From: an uncultured Candidatus Bathyarchaeia archaeon
GTDB taxonomy: Archaea > Thermoproteota > Bathyarchaeia > TCS64
NCBI GenBank assembly: GCA_964495055.1
Contig: CAZBUI010000001.1
Location: 1-52,683, forward strand
Direction: 5' to 3'
DNA: 52,683 nt
Below the pieces are notes generated by a model, which saw only the letters and a program-made list of their open reading frames with translations, did no database searches and was not told the DNA's origin. Made by a program: the position numbers and the translations under genes. Shown here in pieces: positions 24,936 to 34,328 of this stretch (the first letter of the stretch is position 1; each line of letters begins with the position of its first letter).

Positions 24936-26531
24936 CTAAGCGGCTGCCGACTGCTTGAAGCCGCTCTTGGTATAAATGAAGCCCAGCAGGGTGCCCAGAA
25001 ACCCGAAGACCAGCCCTGCCCTGGTGCCGCCGCTGACGCTCTTCACGGCTAGAACCACGACGTTGCTCTCCACCCCGCTGAACCATTCGAGCAGGCCGTG
25101 CAGCATGGACGCGGCCAAGGACGCCGCGGCCGAGGCGACGAGTCCGGCCGCGAAGCCGCCCAACCCCTCCCTGCTGAACCCCAGATAGCACCCCACCGCG
25201 CAGCCAACGGCGGCGGCGAATGCCTCCAGGCTCCCGCCCCATAAGGCGAAGCCCAGCAAGCCACCGAACGCCAACCCGGACACTAGTAAAAGGCGGTTCT
25301 CCTTGACGGGATTCAGCCACCTAGTCTCTGCACCAGCCGCCCGGCAGACGGCGGCCAACCCGGCGAGCCACGTCATGAACCAGACCCCCCACAGGGCGCG
25401 TGAGCCTGGGATCATCCCCGTCTCGATGGTGTTGGTGATCACCGCCACGGCGCCCCTGTCCGCCACGAAGACCCTGTCCCCCATGGAGGTCACGGCTAAG
25501 CCCACCACGTCTGCCCCGGCGTCGTACACCCAGAGGGGCGCCGGACGAGGCGTGTAGAGAAAGTATACGCGCCCATCTGAGCCGAGGGTTACGGCGTAGG
25601 AGCCGAAGGGGGGCGACCAGACCGACTCGACGCCCGCGGCGGCGCCGAGCCTCCTGGCGTCCACCTCCGGTTCGCCGGCGAGGAGCCACGCCCTGCCTTC
25701 ACCCTCGTACACGACCACCCTTGAGCCGTCGCCGGACATGGACACACGCGTGACAGGTGAGGCTGTCATCCACTCCCAGAGCCTCTCGCCGTCCTCCAGG
25801 GACAGCGACGAAACCCGCCCGCCCCCATAGGGATCGGTTCCGCCCACGGCCACCCGGGAGGACTGGGAAAGGGAGAGAACCCCGTCCGTCACCCCCGTGT
25901 TGGAGACCCAGACCGGGTCAGAGTCCTGGACATCGAAGAAGTAGGCCATGCCCGAGGAGTCCAAGGCGACCACGTGTCTACCGTCATAGGATATCTCGGC
26001 CGTGACGGCGCCCGCCCCTATGGAGTACTCCCAGAGCAGACCCTCCCTGTCGGAGAAAAGCAGGATGCCCCCATCCACCGAGGCCAGCATGTAGACGGTG
26101 GGCGGTATGCCGCCCAGGGAGTGAACCCCCAGTATGCGGCCGCCCTCCAGCCGCCGGCTCCACCTGGGCGCGTTGACGCCGAAGCCGAGGGAGCGGAACA
26201 GGGAGACGGTGTGGTTGACGTCCATGGCCAGGACGTAGCCTCCCTCCGAGGACACGAGGATGGAGGAAACGGTTGAGCCACCCTCATACACCCACTGGGG
26301 CAGCGTCCTGCCCTTCTGATAGTAGGCGACGCCGCCGTCGGCCGTCCCCACGGCCAAAGCGTCGCCCCAGTTGGATGCGTCGAAGCAGGTCACCTCCCCA
26401 TCACATAGAAAGAGGGCGGTTGGCGTCCTCTCCCGGCTCGTGTAGTTGAAGACGACGTATGCAGCACCTGACTCCACCAGCAGCAGCAGTAACACGGCCA
26501 AGGTTGTGCGTCGATTCATAAGTTGCCTCAA
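24936..26531 (-). CDS. Beta-propeller (PQQ/WD40-like repeat) protein with an N-terminal anchor and a C-terminal polytopic membrane domain
   Basis: 531 aa. Signal/anchor RRTTLAVLLLLLV. Repeated blades of the type S-DG--V-----G-----------LW. The last approximately 160 aa are Gly/Ala-rich hydrophobic helices. Confidence 0.65.
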   Translation of the reverse strand: MRQLMNRRTTLAVLLLLLVESGAAYVVFNYTSRERTPTALFLCDGEVTCFDASNWGDALAVGTADGGVAYYQKGRTLPQWVYEGGSTVSSILVSSEGGYVLAMDVNHTVSLFRSLGFGVNAPRWSRRLEGGRILGVHSLGGIPPTVYMLASVDGGILLFSDREGLLWEYSIGAGAVTAEISYDGRHVVALDSSGMAYFFDVQDSDPVWVSNTGVTDGVLSLSQSSRVAVGGTDPYGGGRVSSLSLEDGERLWEWMTASPVTRVSMSGDGSRVVVYEGEGRAWLLAGEPEVDARRLGAAAGVESVWSPPFGSYAVTLGSDGRVYFLYTPRPAPLWVYDAGADVVGLAVTSMGDRVFVADRGAVAVITNTIETGMIPGSRALWGVWFMTWLAGLAAVCRAAGAETRWLNPVKENRLLLVSGLAFGGLLGFALWGGSLEAFAAAVGCAVGCYLGFSREGLGGFAAGLVASAAASLAASMLHGLLEWFSGVESNVVVLAVKSVSGGTRAGLVFGFLGTLLGFIYTKSGFKQSAAA

Positions 26532-26577
26532 CTCATGTCTCTATAAAGATAAAACATGCGCAACGCCAGCAGATCCA

Positions 26578-27801
26578 TCACGCCACCCTTTCATCGGGCT
26601 CCCTAAGAAACGTGAAAACTACCAACGCGGCCGACGCCGAGGCCAGCGCGGAGAAATAGAACGGCCACAACGCCCCGAAGCCCTCCCACAGGGCCGCCCC
26701 CACCAGCGGCGAGACAGTCAGCGCGACGCCGGGCACCACGTTCATGACCCCATACGTCCTACCACGCCTCTCCCTGGAAGCGATGTCTACTATCAGGGCC
26801 TCCAAGGCCGGCTGCTGCACATACGCGAAGACGTTGTCGAGCATCTGGATCAGCAGCACCTGCCTGAAGCCGGTGGCTATCGTGAAGACGAGGATGAAGA
26901 GGGGCCGGACCGCGTAGCTGAGCAACAGGCTGATTCTTCTGCCGAACCTGTCTATGAGGCGCCCGGTGGGGAGCCTCGTCAATATGCCCACGACACCCAT
27001 GCCTCCCACAACTAGCCCCCACTGAGCCGTCGAGAGCCCAATCACGTCGGTGGCATATACGACCCCGTAGTTTGTCAAGACCCCCACGGCAAGAGAGTAG
27101 AGGAAAGCCCCGAGGAGAACCACCCTCAGTGCCTTCAGGCTTCTGACGGGCTCAAACGTCTCCAGGAGGACCCTGCGGAGGCTCTGCTCCTCGGCGTGGC
27201 CCGGTTGGGGAGCGTAGTCCTCATGCAGGAGCCTCCAGCGGCCGATGCTCGACAGCAGCATAGTTACGCCAGAGACGAGGAAGAAGGCCCTCAGCCCGGG
27301 GAGAAAACCAACCCGCTCTAGGAGAAACCCGCCCAGCACCGGCATCGTCATCGAGAAGAAGGCGAAGAGGGTGTGTATGGAGGCGAACGCGGTCGCCCGC
27401 CTCTCGGGCTCAACCGAGTCGGCGAACATGGCCTGCCTAGCAGGCAGTACTATGTTGGTGAACGCCTCCAAGACGACACCCGGGACGAGGTGCCACCACC
27501 TGGTGGCGGAGAAGTAGACGAAGGGCGCGAATGATGCCACGAGGCCGCCCCACACCACCAGCCTCTTCCTCCCCATCCTGTCCGTCAGGTACCCGACAGG
27601 GGGCTGGAGGGCTATGCGGGTGAGACCCAGGATGAAGCCCAGGAGGCCCAGGGCTGGCAGAGACGCGCCTATCTCCAGGACGAAGAGGGACCAGAAGGGG
27701 GAGACGAGAAAAAGCACGCCCTGGCCCACGGACTCGGTGACTGAGAGGACCAGCGCGTTCCTCCCCATACCGAGAAAGATCCCGTTCTGTTCCTCGACCA
27801 T
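26578..27801 (-). CDS. MFS transporter (intact)
   Basis: 407 aa with 12 predicted helices and the loop 2-3 motif GYLTDRMGRKRL. Confidence 0.85.
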   Translation of the reverse strand: MVEEQNGIFLGMGRNALVLSVTESVGQGVLFLVSPFWSLFVLEIGASLPALGLLGFILGLTRIALQPPVGYLTDRMGRKRLVVWGGLVASFAPFVYFSATRWWHLVPGVVLEAFTNIVLPARQAMFADSVEPERRATAFASIHTLFAFFSMTMPVLGGFLLERVGFLPGLRAFFLVSGVTMLLSSIGRWRLLHEDYAPQPGHAEEQSLRRVLLETFEPVRSLKALRVVLLGAFLYSLAVGVLTNYGVVYATDVIGLSTAQWGLVVGGMGVVGILTRLPTGRLIDRFGRRISLLLSYAVRPLFILVFTIATGFRQVLLIQMLDNVFAYVQQPALEALIVDIASRERRGRTYGVMNVVPGVALTVSPLVGAALWEGFGALWPFYFSALASASAALVVFTFLREPDERVA

Positions 27802-27934
27802 GTGATCGCCCTAACGTGGATACAGTATAACCTGATAATACCTTTAAGCTTGGTTTACTAATTTTCGTTAAATTTCTGATAGTAACAGATATTATCCATC
27901 CCAGCGCGATAGTGGTAGGAGAGTTCTCATCGAG

Positions 27935-28672
27935 TTGGAAAACAAGATTCTGTTCATAGGATGGTTTCCCAGCTGGTCGAAGGACATCGCGGAGCCGGAG
28001 ACGACGCTGGTGGGGACCGGGTTCGACTCCGGCACCAGCCACCTAGAGTACGAGTTCTACGAGCACCTGGCCATCCACAACGTCATCGAGAAGACGGTGA
28101 ACGCGGAGAGGGACGGCTTCGACGCCGTGGTGATAGGCTGCTTCTACGATCCGGGCCTCAGAGAGGCCCGGGAGCTCGTCGAGATACCTGTGGTGGGCGT
28201 CTGCGAGGCCAGCCTCCACGTCGCCTCCACGCTGTCCGCGGGCAGGTTCTCGGTCCTCGTGGGACGCCGGAAGTGGATACCCAAGATGGCGGACAACGCC
28301 AAGGTCTACGGCTTCGAGGACCGGATCGCGTCGTGGAGGGTGCTGGACCTCACGGTGCCTAACATGCACGACGCGGAGAAGACCCAGGCCGCCATACTCA
28401 GGGAGGCCCGGGGGGCCGTGGAGGAGGACAGGGCCGAGTGCGTCGTCCTTGGCTGCACGGGGATGGCGGGGCAGGCGAGGAAGGCGCAGGAGACGCTGGG
28501 CGTGCCCGTCCTGGACCCCGTGCTCATGGGGGTGAAGGCAGCGGAGATGCGGGCGACCCTGTGGAAACGGCACGGCATATCCCACAGCAAGATAGGTGGA
28601 TACGAGGCGCCCCCCGTGGACGAGCTTGAGTCCATATGGTGGCGGGTCTACGGGGACAAGAAGAAAAAATGA
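27935..28672 (+). CDS. Asp/Glu/hydantoin racemase family protein (hydantoin-racemase-like)
   Basis: 245 aa. Both catalytic-Cys contexts of the family are present: VVIGCFYDPGL and VVLGCTGMAG. TTG start with GGTAGGAGAG upstream. Confidence 0.85.
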   Translation: MENKILFIGWFPSWSKDIAEPETTLVGTGFDSGTSHLEYEFYEHLAIHNVIEKTVNAERDGFDAVVIGCFYDPGLREARELVEIPVVGVCEASLHVASTLSAGRFSVLVGRRKWIPKMADNAKVYGFEDRIASWRVLDLTVPNMHDAEKTQAAILREARGAVEEDRAECVVLGCTGMAGQARKAQETLGVPVLDPVLMGVKAAEMRATLWKRHGISHSKIGGYEAPPVDELESIWWRVYGDKKKK

Positions 28673-28690
28673 GCGCCTTCGTGGGCTACG

Positions 28691-29647
28691 TCACTCGGAT
28701 AACGTGTGGCACTTGACGAAGTGCCCGGGCTCTACCTCCACCATGGGCGGGTCCTCCCTCATGCACCTCTCGGTGCACTCGCTGCACCGGGGGTGGAAGT
28801 AGCATCCGCGGGGCACGTTCACCGGGCTCGGTATCTCTCCCCGGGAGACCACCTTGTCGGGCTTCACCGCCTCCTCGTCGCTCGTGATGACGGGGATCGA
28901 GGAAAGCAGCATCTTGGTGTAGGGGTGCAGGGGCTTGCTGAAGAACTCGCCGGTGGGCGCCACCTCGCACAGCTTCCCCAGGTACATTATGCCCACCCGG
29001 GTCGCCACGTTCCTCATGAGGCTCAGGTTGTGGGTGATGAACAGGTACGAGAGGTCCAGAGTCTCCTGGAACTCGATGAGCTTGTTGATTATTTTGGCCT
29101 GCATCGAGACGTCCAGGGCCGAGGTGGGCTCGTCGAGGGTTATGAACGTGGGGTTCGTGGCTAGGGCCCGGGCTATGGCGACCATCTGCTTCTCGCCGCC
29201 TCCGATCTTCGTCGGCTGCCGGTCCAAGTAGTCCTCGGGGAGCTCCACCATGCGGAGGAGCTCTATGACCCGGTTCCTGCGCTCCTCCCTCGCTATGCCG
29301 TGCACCCGCAGCGGGAGCTCTATGATCTGCTCTATGCTTCTCTTGGGGTTCAGGGACGAGCCCGGGTCCTGGAACACCATCTGCATGTCTTTCTTGAGGC
29401 TGAGGGGTCTCTTCTTTATGCCCGTGGAGATGTCCATCCCCCTGTAGGTGATCTCGCCGGCTGTGGGCGTGTATATACCCATGAGCGTGTAGGCCGTGGT
29501 GCTCTTGCCTGAGCCTGACTCGCCGACGAGACCGAAGGTCTCGCCCTCGTTTATGGTGAAGCTGATGCCGTCCACGGCCCTCACCGTGCCTTCGTCGGTG
29601 GCGAAGTACTTCTTGAGGTCCTTCACTGCCAGTATTTCTTTGCTCAT
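28691..29647 (-). CDS. Peptide/nickel-type ABC transporter ATP-binding protein (OppF/DppF-like)
   Basis: Walker A GESGSGKST, signature GGEKQMVAIARAL, Walker B FITLDEPTSALD, and a C-terminal oligopeptide-ABC Cys motif (CYFHPRCSEC). Confidence 0.9.
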   Translation of the reverse strand: MSKEILAVKDLKKYFATDEGTVRAVDGISFTINEGETFGLVGESGSGKSTTAYTLMGIYTPTAGEITYRGMDISTGIKKRPLSLKKDMQMVFQDPGSSLNPKRSIEQIIELPLRVHGIAREERRNRVIELLRMVELPEDYLDRQPTKIGGGEKQMVAIARALATNPTFITLDEPTSALDVSMQAKIINKLIEFQETLDLSYLFITHNLSLMRNVATRVGIMYLGKLCEVAPTGEFFSKPLHPYTKMLLSSIPVITSDEEAVKPDKVVSRGEIPSPVNVPRGCYFHPRCSECTERCMREDPPMVEVEPGHFVKCHTLSE

Positions 29648-29648
29648 G

Positions 29649-30641
29649 TCACTGTCCTCCGTAGAGGTAGCAGGCTACCTCGTGTCCGTCGCCGACGTGG
29701 TAGAAGGGGGGTGATTCTTCGCGGCACTTGGGCATTGCGTGGGGGCACCTGGGGTTGAACCTGCACCCCGTCGGGGGGCTCAGGTAGTTGGGTATCCTCC
29801 CGTTGATGCCCATGGGGATGCCGCCGCCCGTGAGCTTGGGCACCGCGTCGAACAACGCCCTGGTGTACGGGTGAAGGGGATCGCTGAACAGGTCCTCGGT
29901 GTCGGCGGCCTCCACCATGCTCCCCGCGTACATCACGTACACCCTGTCCACTAGGCCCTTTACGGCCCCCAGTGCGTGGCTGATCAATATGATGGAGGTT
30001 CCGTGTTTCTCGACCAGATCCCCCAGGAGCCTCAGCACCTGGTCCTGGATGGTGACGTCCAGGTTGGTGCCCGGCTCGTCCGCGATGAGGAGGTTGGTGG
30101 CAGAGACCAAGGCCATGGCGATGCATATCCTCTGCCTCATGCCGCCGCTGAGCTGAATGGGGTAGCTGTTCATGATCCTCTCAGGGTCAGGCATCTGGAC
30201 CTCCTTCAGCACCTGGACGGTCTTCTCGTGGATCTCCTCCTTGGTTATCTTCCTGCCGAGGGAGAGCTGGTTGTACTTGATTATGTCCCCGATCTGGTTC
30301 CCCACCTTGAAAACCGGGTTTAGGGCGGCGGTGGGGTCCTGGAATATCATGGAGACGGTTCTCCTCCTCATCATCTGGAGGCCCCGCTGGCTCATCTTCA
30401 GGACGTTCGACCCCTCAAGATAGATCTCGCCTCTCACTATCTCGGCGGGGGGTGTGGGCAGTATCTTCATTATCGACTTGACGGTGGTGGTCTTCCCGCA
30501 GCCGGCCTCGCCTATGAGGCCAACCTTCTCGCCCTTGGCGACCCTGAAGTTCACGCCGTTGAGTACTCTGGTCACGCCCTCGTAGATGTTGAAGTTGACG
30601 TAGAGGTCCCGGATGTCTACAAGCATTTCACTCATCATCAA
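29649..30641 (-). CDS. Peptide/nickel-type ABC transporter ATP-binding protein (OppD/DppD-like)
   Basis: Walker A GEAGCGKTT, signature LSGGMRQRICIAMAL, Walker B LLIADEPGTNLD, and C-terminal CRFNPRCPHAMPKC. The likely ATG at 30638 overlaps the upstream permease stop. Confidence 0.9.
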   Translation of the reverse strand: MMMSEMLVDIRDLYVNFNIYEGVTRVLNGVNFRVAKGEKVGLIGEAGCGKTTTVKSIMKILPTPPAEIVRGEIYLEGSNVLKMSQRGLQMMRRRTVSMIFQDPTAALNPVFKVGNQIGDIIKYNQLSLGRKITKEEIHEKTVQVLKEVQMPDPERIMNSYPIQLSGGMRQRICIAMALVSATNLLIADEPGTNLDVTIQDQVLRLLGDLVEKHGTSIILISHALGAVKGLVDRVYVMYAGSMVEAADTEDLFSDPLHPYTRALFDAVPKLTGGGIPMGINGRIPNYLSPPTGCRFNPRCPHAMPKCREESPPFYHVGDGHEVACYLYGGQ

Positions 30642-31498
30642 TCACCCGCCAGCATGTCCCTCACTCCGTCCCCGAGGAGGTTGAAGCCCAGTATGATCAC
30701 GACTATGAAGAGCGCCGGGAACAGGCTGATCCACCACTGGGCCGGGATGTACTTGGAGCCGTCGGAGACCATGGTGCCCAGGTCCGGCGTCGGCGGCTGG
30801 GCGCCCAGCCCGACGAAGCTAAGCGTGGAGCCTATGAGTATCACCCAGCCCACGTCCAGGGTCATCTTGGTGAAGATTGTTGAGAGGCAGTTGGGGAATA
30901 TCTCCCCGAAGAGTATGTGAAACGTGCTCGCCCCCGTGACCTCGGCGGCCTGCACGAAGTACTCGTTCCTTATGGAGGAGGCGGCGCCGTAGACCAGCCT
31001 CGTGTACCAAGGCCACCACATCACCGTAACCGCCAGCATGGCGTTGTACAGGGTGGGCTCCAGCATGGAGCACACCGCGAGGGCCAGCACCATGGAAGGC
31101 ACGCTGAGGAAGACGTCAGCGACCCGCATGATGGCGGTGTCCACCCAGGTGTCCCTCATGTAGCCTGCGATGAGCCCCAGCAGTACGCCGGGCGGCGTCG
31201 CCACCGACAGCACCGAGACCGCCATGACCAGGCTGTACCTGAACCCGAAGAATATCCTGCTCAGTATGTCTCTGCCCGCCATGTCGGTCCCGCATAGGTG
31301 CTGCCAGCTCGGCGGCAGCTTCGCGTTCTTGAAGTCCACGAACACGAAGGCGTGCTCCGGGTACGGCGCGAAGAAGTCCGCGAATATGGCTATGACGATG
31401 ATCGCCAGCACAACGGCGAGGCCCAGTATCGAGAGAGGGTTCCTGGAGAACTTGTACCAGTTCCTCTTCCAGCGCTCCTTCAGCAGCTCGGTGTTCAT
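30638..31498 (-). CDS. ABC transporter permease (DppC/OppC-like)
   Basis: 286 aa with N-terminal FSRNPLSILGL and the BPD-transporter EAA-like region AAEVTGAS. Confidence 0.9.
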   Translation of the reverse strand: MNTELLKERWKRNWYKFSRNPLSILGLAVVLAIIVIAIFADFFAPYPEHAFVFVDFKNAKLPPSWQHLCGTDMAGRDILSRIFFGFRYSLVMAVSVLSVATPPGVLLGLIAGYMRDTWVDTAIMRVADVFLSVPSMVLALAVCSMLEPTLYNAMLAVTVMWWPWYTRLVYGAASSIRNEYFVQAAEVTGASTFHILFGEIFPNCLSTIFTKMTLDVGWVILIGSTLSFVGLGAQPPTPDLGTMVSDGSKYIPAQWWISLFPALFIVVIILGFNLLGDGVRDMLAGD

Positions 31499-31499
31499 G

Positions 31500-32525
31500 T
31501 CAGCTCCCCCTCAGCTTCATCATTATCCTAGGATCCAGGTAAGCCGTTATCAGGTCCACCAAGATGTTCATGAACGCGAAGAACACGCCTATGAGCATGA
31601 CGACGCCAACTATGGCGTTGATGTCGTTGCTGAGCATGGCGCTCATGCCGTACCTGCCGAGGCCCGGCCAGTTGAATATGGTCTCGACGATGAACGAGCC
31701 GCCCATGGAGCCCGCTATGTCCATGCCCATGACGGCCACCGTGGGGATAAGCGACGGCTTCAACAGGTTCTTCAAAGTGATGGTTCTCTCGGGTATTCCG
31801 AAGGACCGCGCCGCCATTATGTAGTCCTTGTGGAGGTTCTCCACGACGCTGGCCCGGGTGATCCTGGCCTCCTGTGCCAGCCTGCTGATGACAAGCGAGG
31901 TCCCCGGCAGTATCATGTGGTAGAACGCGTCCTTGAAGACTGCTAGTTTGCCAGCGAGGAGCGAGTCCACGAGCAACAGGCCCGTGACCTTGGGCGGCAT
32001 GGCCACGCCTGAGCTGAGTCTCCCCAGCGTCGGAAACCACCTCAGCACGTACCCGAAAATGAAGACGGACATTATGGCCCAGACGAAGCTGGGGATCGCT
32101 ATGCCTATATACGATATAACGCGGACGATGTTGTCCCATAGGCTGTTCGCGTACTTCCCCGAGGTGACGCCCAGGATGATGGCCAGGCTCGTCGAGAGGA
32201 TGACAGAGAATATCACCAACTCGAACGTCGCGGGGAAGAACTCCACGATGTCGCTGAAAACTCCGCGCCTAGTCACCAGTGACTGGCCCAAGTCGCCCCT
32301 GAACACGTTGGTCACCCAGTAGATGTACTGGATGTAGACCGGCTCGTCCAGGTGAAGCTGGGCCCTCAGCTTGTCCACGGCCCACTGGGGCGCCATGGGG
32401 CCGAGGGCGAGCCGGGCGGGGTCCCCCGGCACGAGCCTCGAAAGTGAGAATATTAACAGTGATAATCCAAACAGAACGAAAAAAGAGGAAAGGAGTCTGT
32501 ACGCCACGTATTTTTTGATGTTCAT
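31500..32525 (-). CDS. ABC transporter permease (DppB/OppB-like)
   Basis: 341 aa with N-terminal YVAYRLLSSFFVLFGLSLLIFSLSRLVPGDP, canonical for DppB/OppB. Confidence 0.9.
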   Translation of the reverse strand: MNIKKYVAYRLLSSFFVLFGLSLLIFSLSRLVPGDPARLALGPMAPQWAVDKLRAQLHLDEPVYIQYIYWVTNVFRGDLGQSLVTRRGVFSDIVEFFPATFELVIFSVILSTSLAIILGVTSGKYANSLWDNIVRVISYIGIAIPSFVWAIMSVFIFGYVLRWFPTLGRLSSGVAMPPKVTGLLLVDSLLAGKLAVFKDAFYHMILPGTSLVISRLAQEARITRASVVENLHKDYIMAARSFGIPERTITLKNLLKPSLIPTVAVMGMDIAGSMGGSFIVETIFNWPGLGRYGMSAMLSNDINAIVGVVMLIGVFFAFMNILVDLITAYLDPRIMMKLRGS

Positions 32526-32540
32526 CCGTTATCCCTGTGC

Positions 32541-34250
32541 TTAGGGTTGATTTACGCCTGTGTATAGTCCGTAGTAGGTTCTAAAGCCCAGCGGTACTTT
32601 GTAGACGATACCGCTGACCTGCTCCCCGTACTCTATGTAGGGGTAGTCCACGTAGTCCTGTATGCAGCGTAGCGTCGTTGTCTGCAGCACGTAGATCGTC
32701 GGGCATAGCTCGTAGATGTACTCCTGTATCTCGCCGTACTTCTGGAACCTCTCCGCCTGGTCGACTGTCCCGAGGGCGTCCTCGATCATCTCGTCTAGGG
32801 TCTCGTCTAGTAGCCACTCGTTCTGCTCCCAAGTGGGGGCCGACTCCGAGTGGTACCTCATGAGGTCGCCTCCCGCCTCGGGGAAGTGAACCGAGTTGTA
32901 GACGATCACGACGTTGGGGCTCATGTCCTCGTTGGCCATGGTCTCTATCATGCTGAGCCAGGGCTCCTTGACGATCTTGACGCTTACCCCTAGGTCAGCC
33001 ATGTTGTCCATGAACAGGAGGGCCACCCGCTCCTCCGCGGGCACCTCAGCACACCAGTGGATCTCTATCTCGATCTCGTCTAGCTGATCATAGTACGCGG
33101 ATTGCTCCAGCTCCTCCATGGCCTTGTCGAGGTTTCTTCTAAAGGGCTCCAGATCTGGGTTGTACCCGGGCAGAACCTCGTTGACCACTCCCTTCACCAT
33201 CGTCGTGTGGGGAAAGATATCCGTGACGGCGGTCTCGTAGTCGAAGGCGTAGGCCATGGCTCTCCTGAAGTGTACGTCGTCTGTGGGCGCCTTCCCTGTG
33301 TGCATCATGAGGTTCAGCAACGAAGTGCCGACTTCTCCGATCATCTCGACGCCTTCGGTTTGAACCATCTCCTCTAGGCTCTCTATGGGCTGCCAGCTGT
33401 CGGTGCGCTCAAGCTCCCCTCTGGACATCATCGTCCTGACGGTGATGGGCTCGGTGGTGCCGATCATCTCCATGACGTCCGGAGCATTCTCGACGAACTT
33501 GAAGCCCTCGACGTCGAGGGTCTCTCCCCAGTAGTCTTCAAACTTCTCCATCACGAGCTTCTCCTCCAGCAGGAACTCCTTCACAGTGTAGGGACCCGTA
33601 CCGGCGTCGTGTGTCATGAGCCACTCTTTGCCGTAGTCGCCCAGGTCGTCGTACTCGCCTTCCGCTATGTTCTCCATGACGACAGTCTTGTCAAGCACGT
33701 AGAAGTTGGGCATGACGGTGAGTATCGGCCCGAAGGGTTTCAGCAGATCGAATTGCACAGTGTAGGTGCCGACCGCGGTGGTCTCCCCTATGTAGGGGAG
33801 GAACAGGTACGCAAGGCCTTCGCCCATTGTGAGGAACCGGTCCATGCTGAAGACGACGTCCTCAGCCGTTATCTCGTTCCCGGCGTGAGACATGACGCCC
33901 TCCCTTATCTTGAAGGTGTATGTCATGCCGTCCTCGGATACGGTCCAGCTCTCGGCCAGCTCGGGGCCCACGACCCCCTCAGGGGTTATGCGGACCAGCG
34001 AGTTGTAGAGGTTGGGGTGCGCGGCTGTGCTTGAGCCGTCTGAACCCACCGCTGGGTCGATGCGGGTCGGCCACGCCCATGTGCTCCTGTACACTATGGG
34101 TTCAGCGGGTCCAGGCTCAGAGGGCCCGGGTCCTGGTGTTTCAGGCTCTTCCGCTGGTCGCGTAAACCAGTACACTCCGGCGGCTATTACTAGGACTGCT
34201 ATTATTCCTACGTAAATCAACGTTTTATTTGATGTTGATATTTTTTTCAC
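32541..34250 (-). CDS. ABC transporter substrate-binding protein, family 5 (peptide/opine/nickel type), membrane-anchored
   Basis: 569 aa. An N-terminal TM anchor is followed by a Pro/Glu/Gly linker (PAEEPETPGPGPSEPGPAEP), then SBP_bac_5-like regions (RITPEGVVGPELAESWTVSEDGMTYTFKIREGV). Confidence 0.85.
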   Translation of the reverse strand: MKKISTSNKTLIYVGIIAVLVIAAGVYWFTRPAEEPETPGPGPSEPGPAEPIVYRSTWAWPTRIDPAVGSDGSSTAAHPNLYNSLVRITPEGVVGPELAESWTVSEDGMTYTFKIREGVMSHAGNEITAEDVVFSMDRFLTMGEGLAYLFLPYIGETTAVGTYTVQFDLLKPFGPILTVMPNFYVLDKTVVMENIAEGEYDDLGDYGKEWLMTHDAGTGPYTVKEFLLEEKLVMEKFEDYWGETLDVEGFKFVENAPDVMEMIGTTEPITVRTMMSRGELERTDSWQPIESLEEMVQTEGVEMIGEVGTSLLNLMMHTGKAPTDDVHFRRAMAYAFDYETAVTDIFPHTTMVKGVVNEVLPGYNPDLEPFRRNLDKAMEELEQSAYYDQLDEIEIEIHWCAEVPAEERVALLFMDNMADLGVSVKIVKEPWLSMIETMANEDMSPNVVIVYNSVHFPEAGGDLMRYHSESAPTWEQNEWLLDETLDEMIEDALGTVDQAERFQKYGEIQEYIYELCPTIYVLQTTTLRCIQDYVDYPYIEYGEQVSGIVYKVPLGFRTYYGLYTGVNQP

Positions 34251-34328
34251 CTAAGCACAAAGTAAATACTAGTTATTTATAACTTTCGAGAAGTTTTTTA
34301 GTAAGAATTATTAAAAAATAATGGAAAT

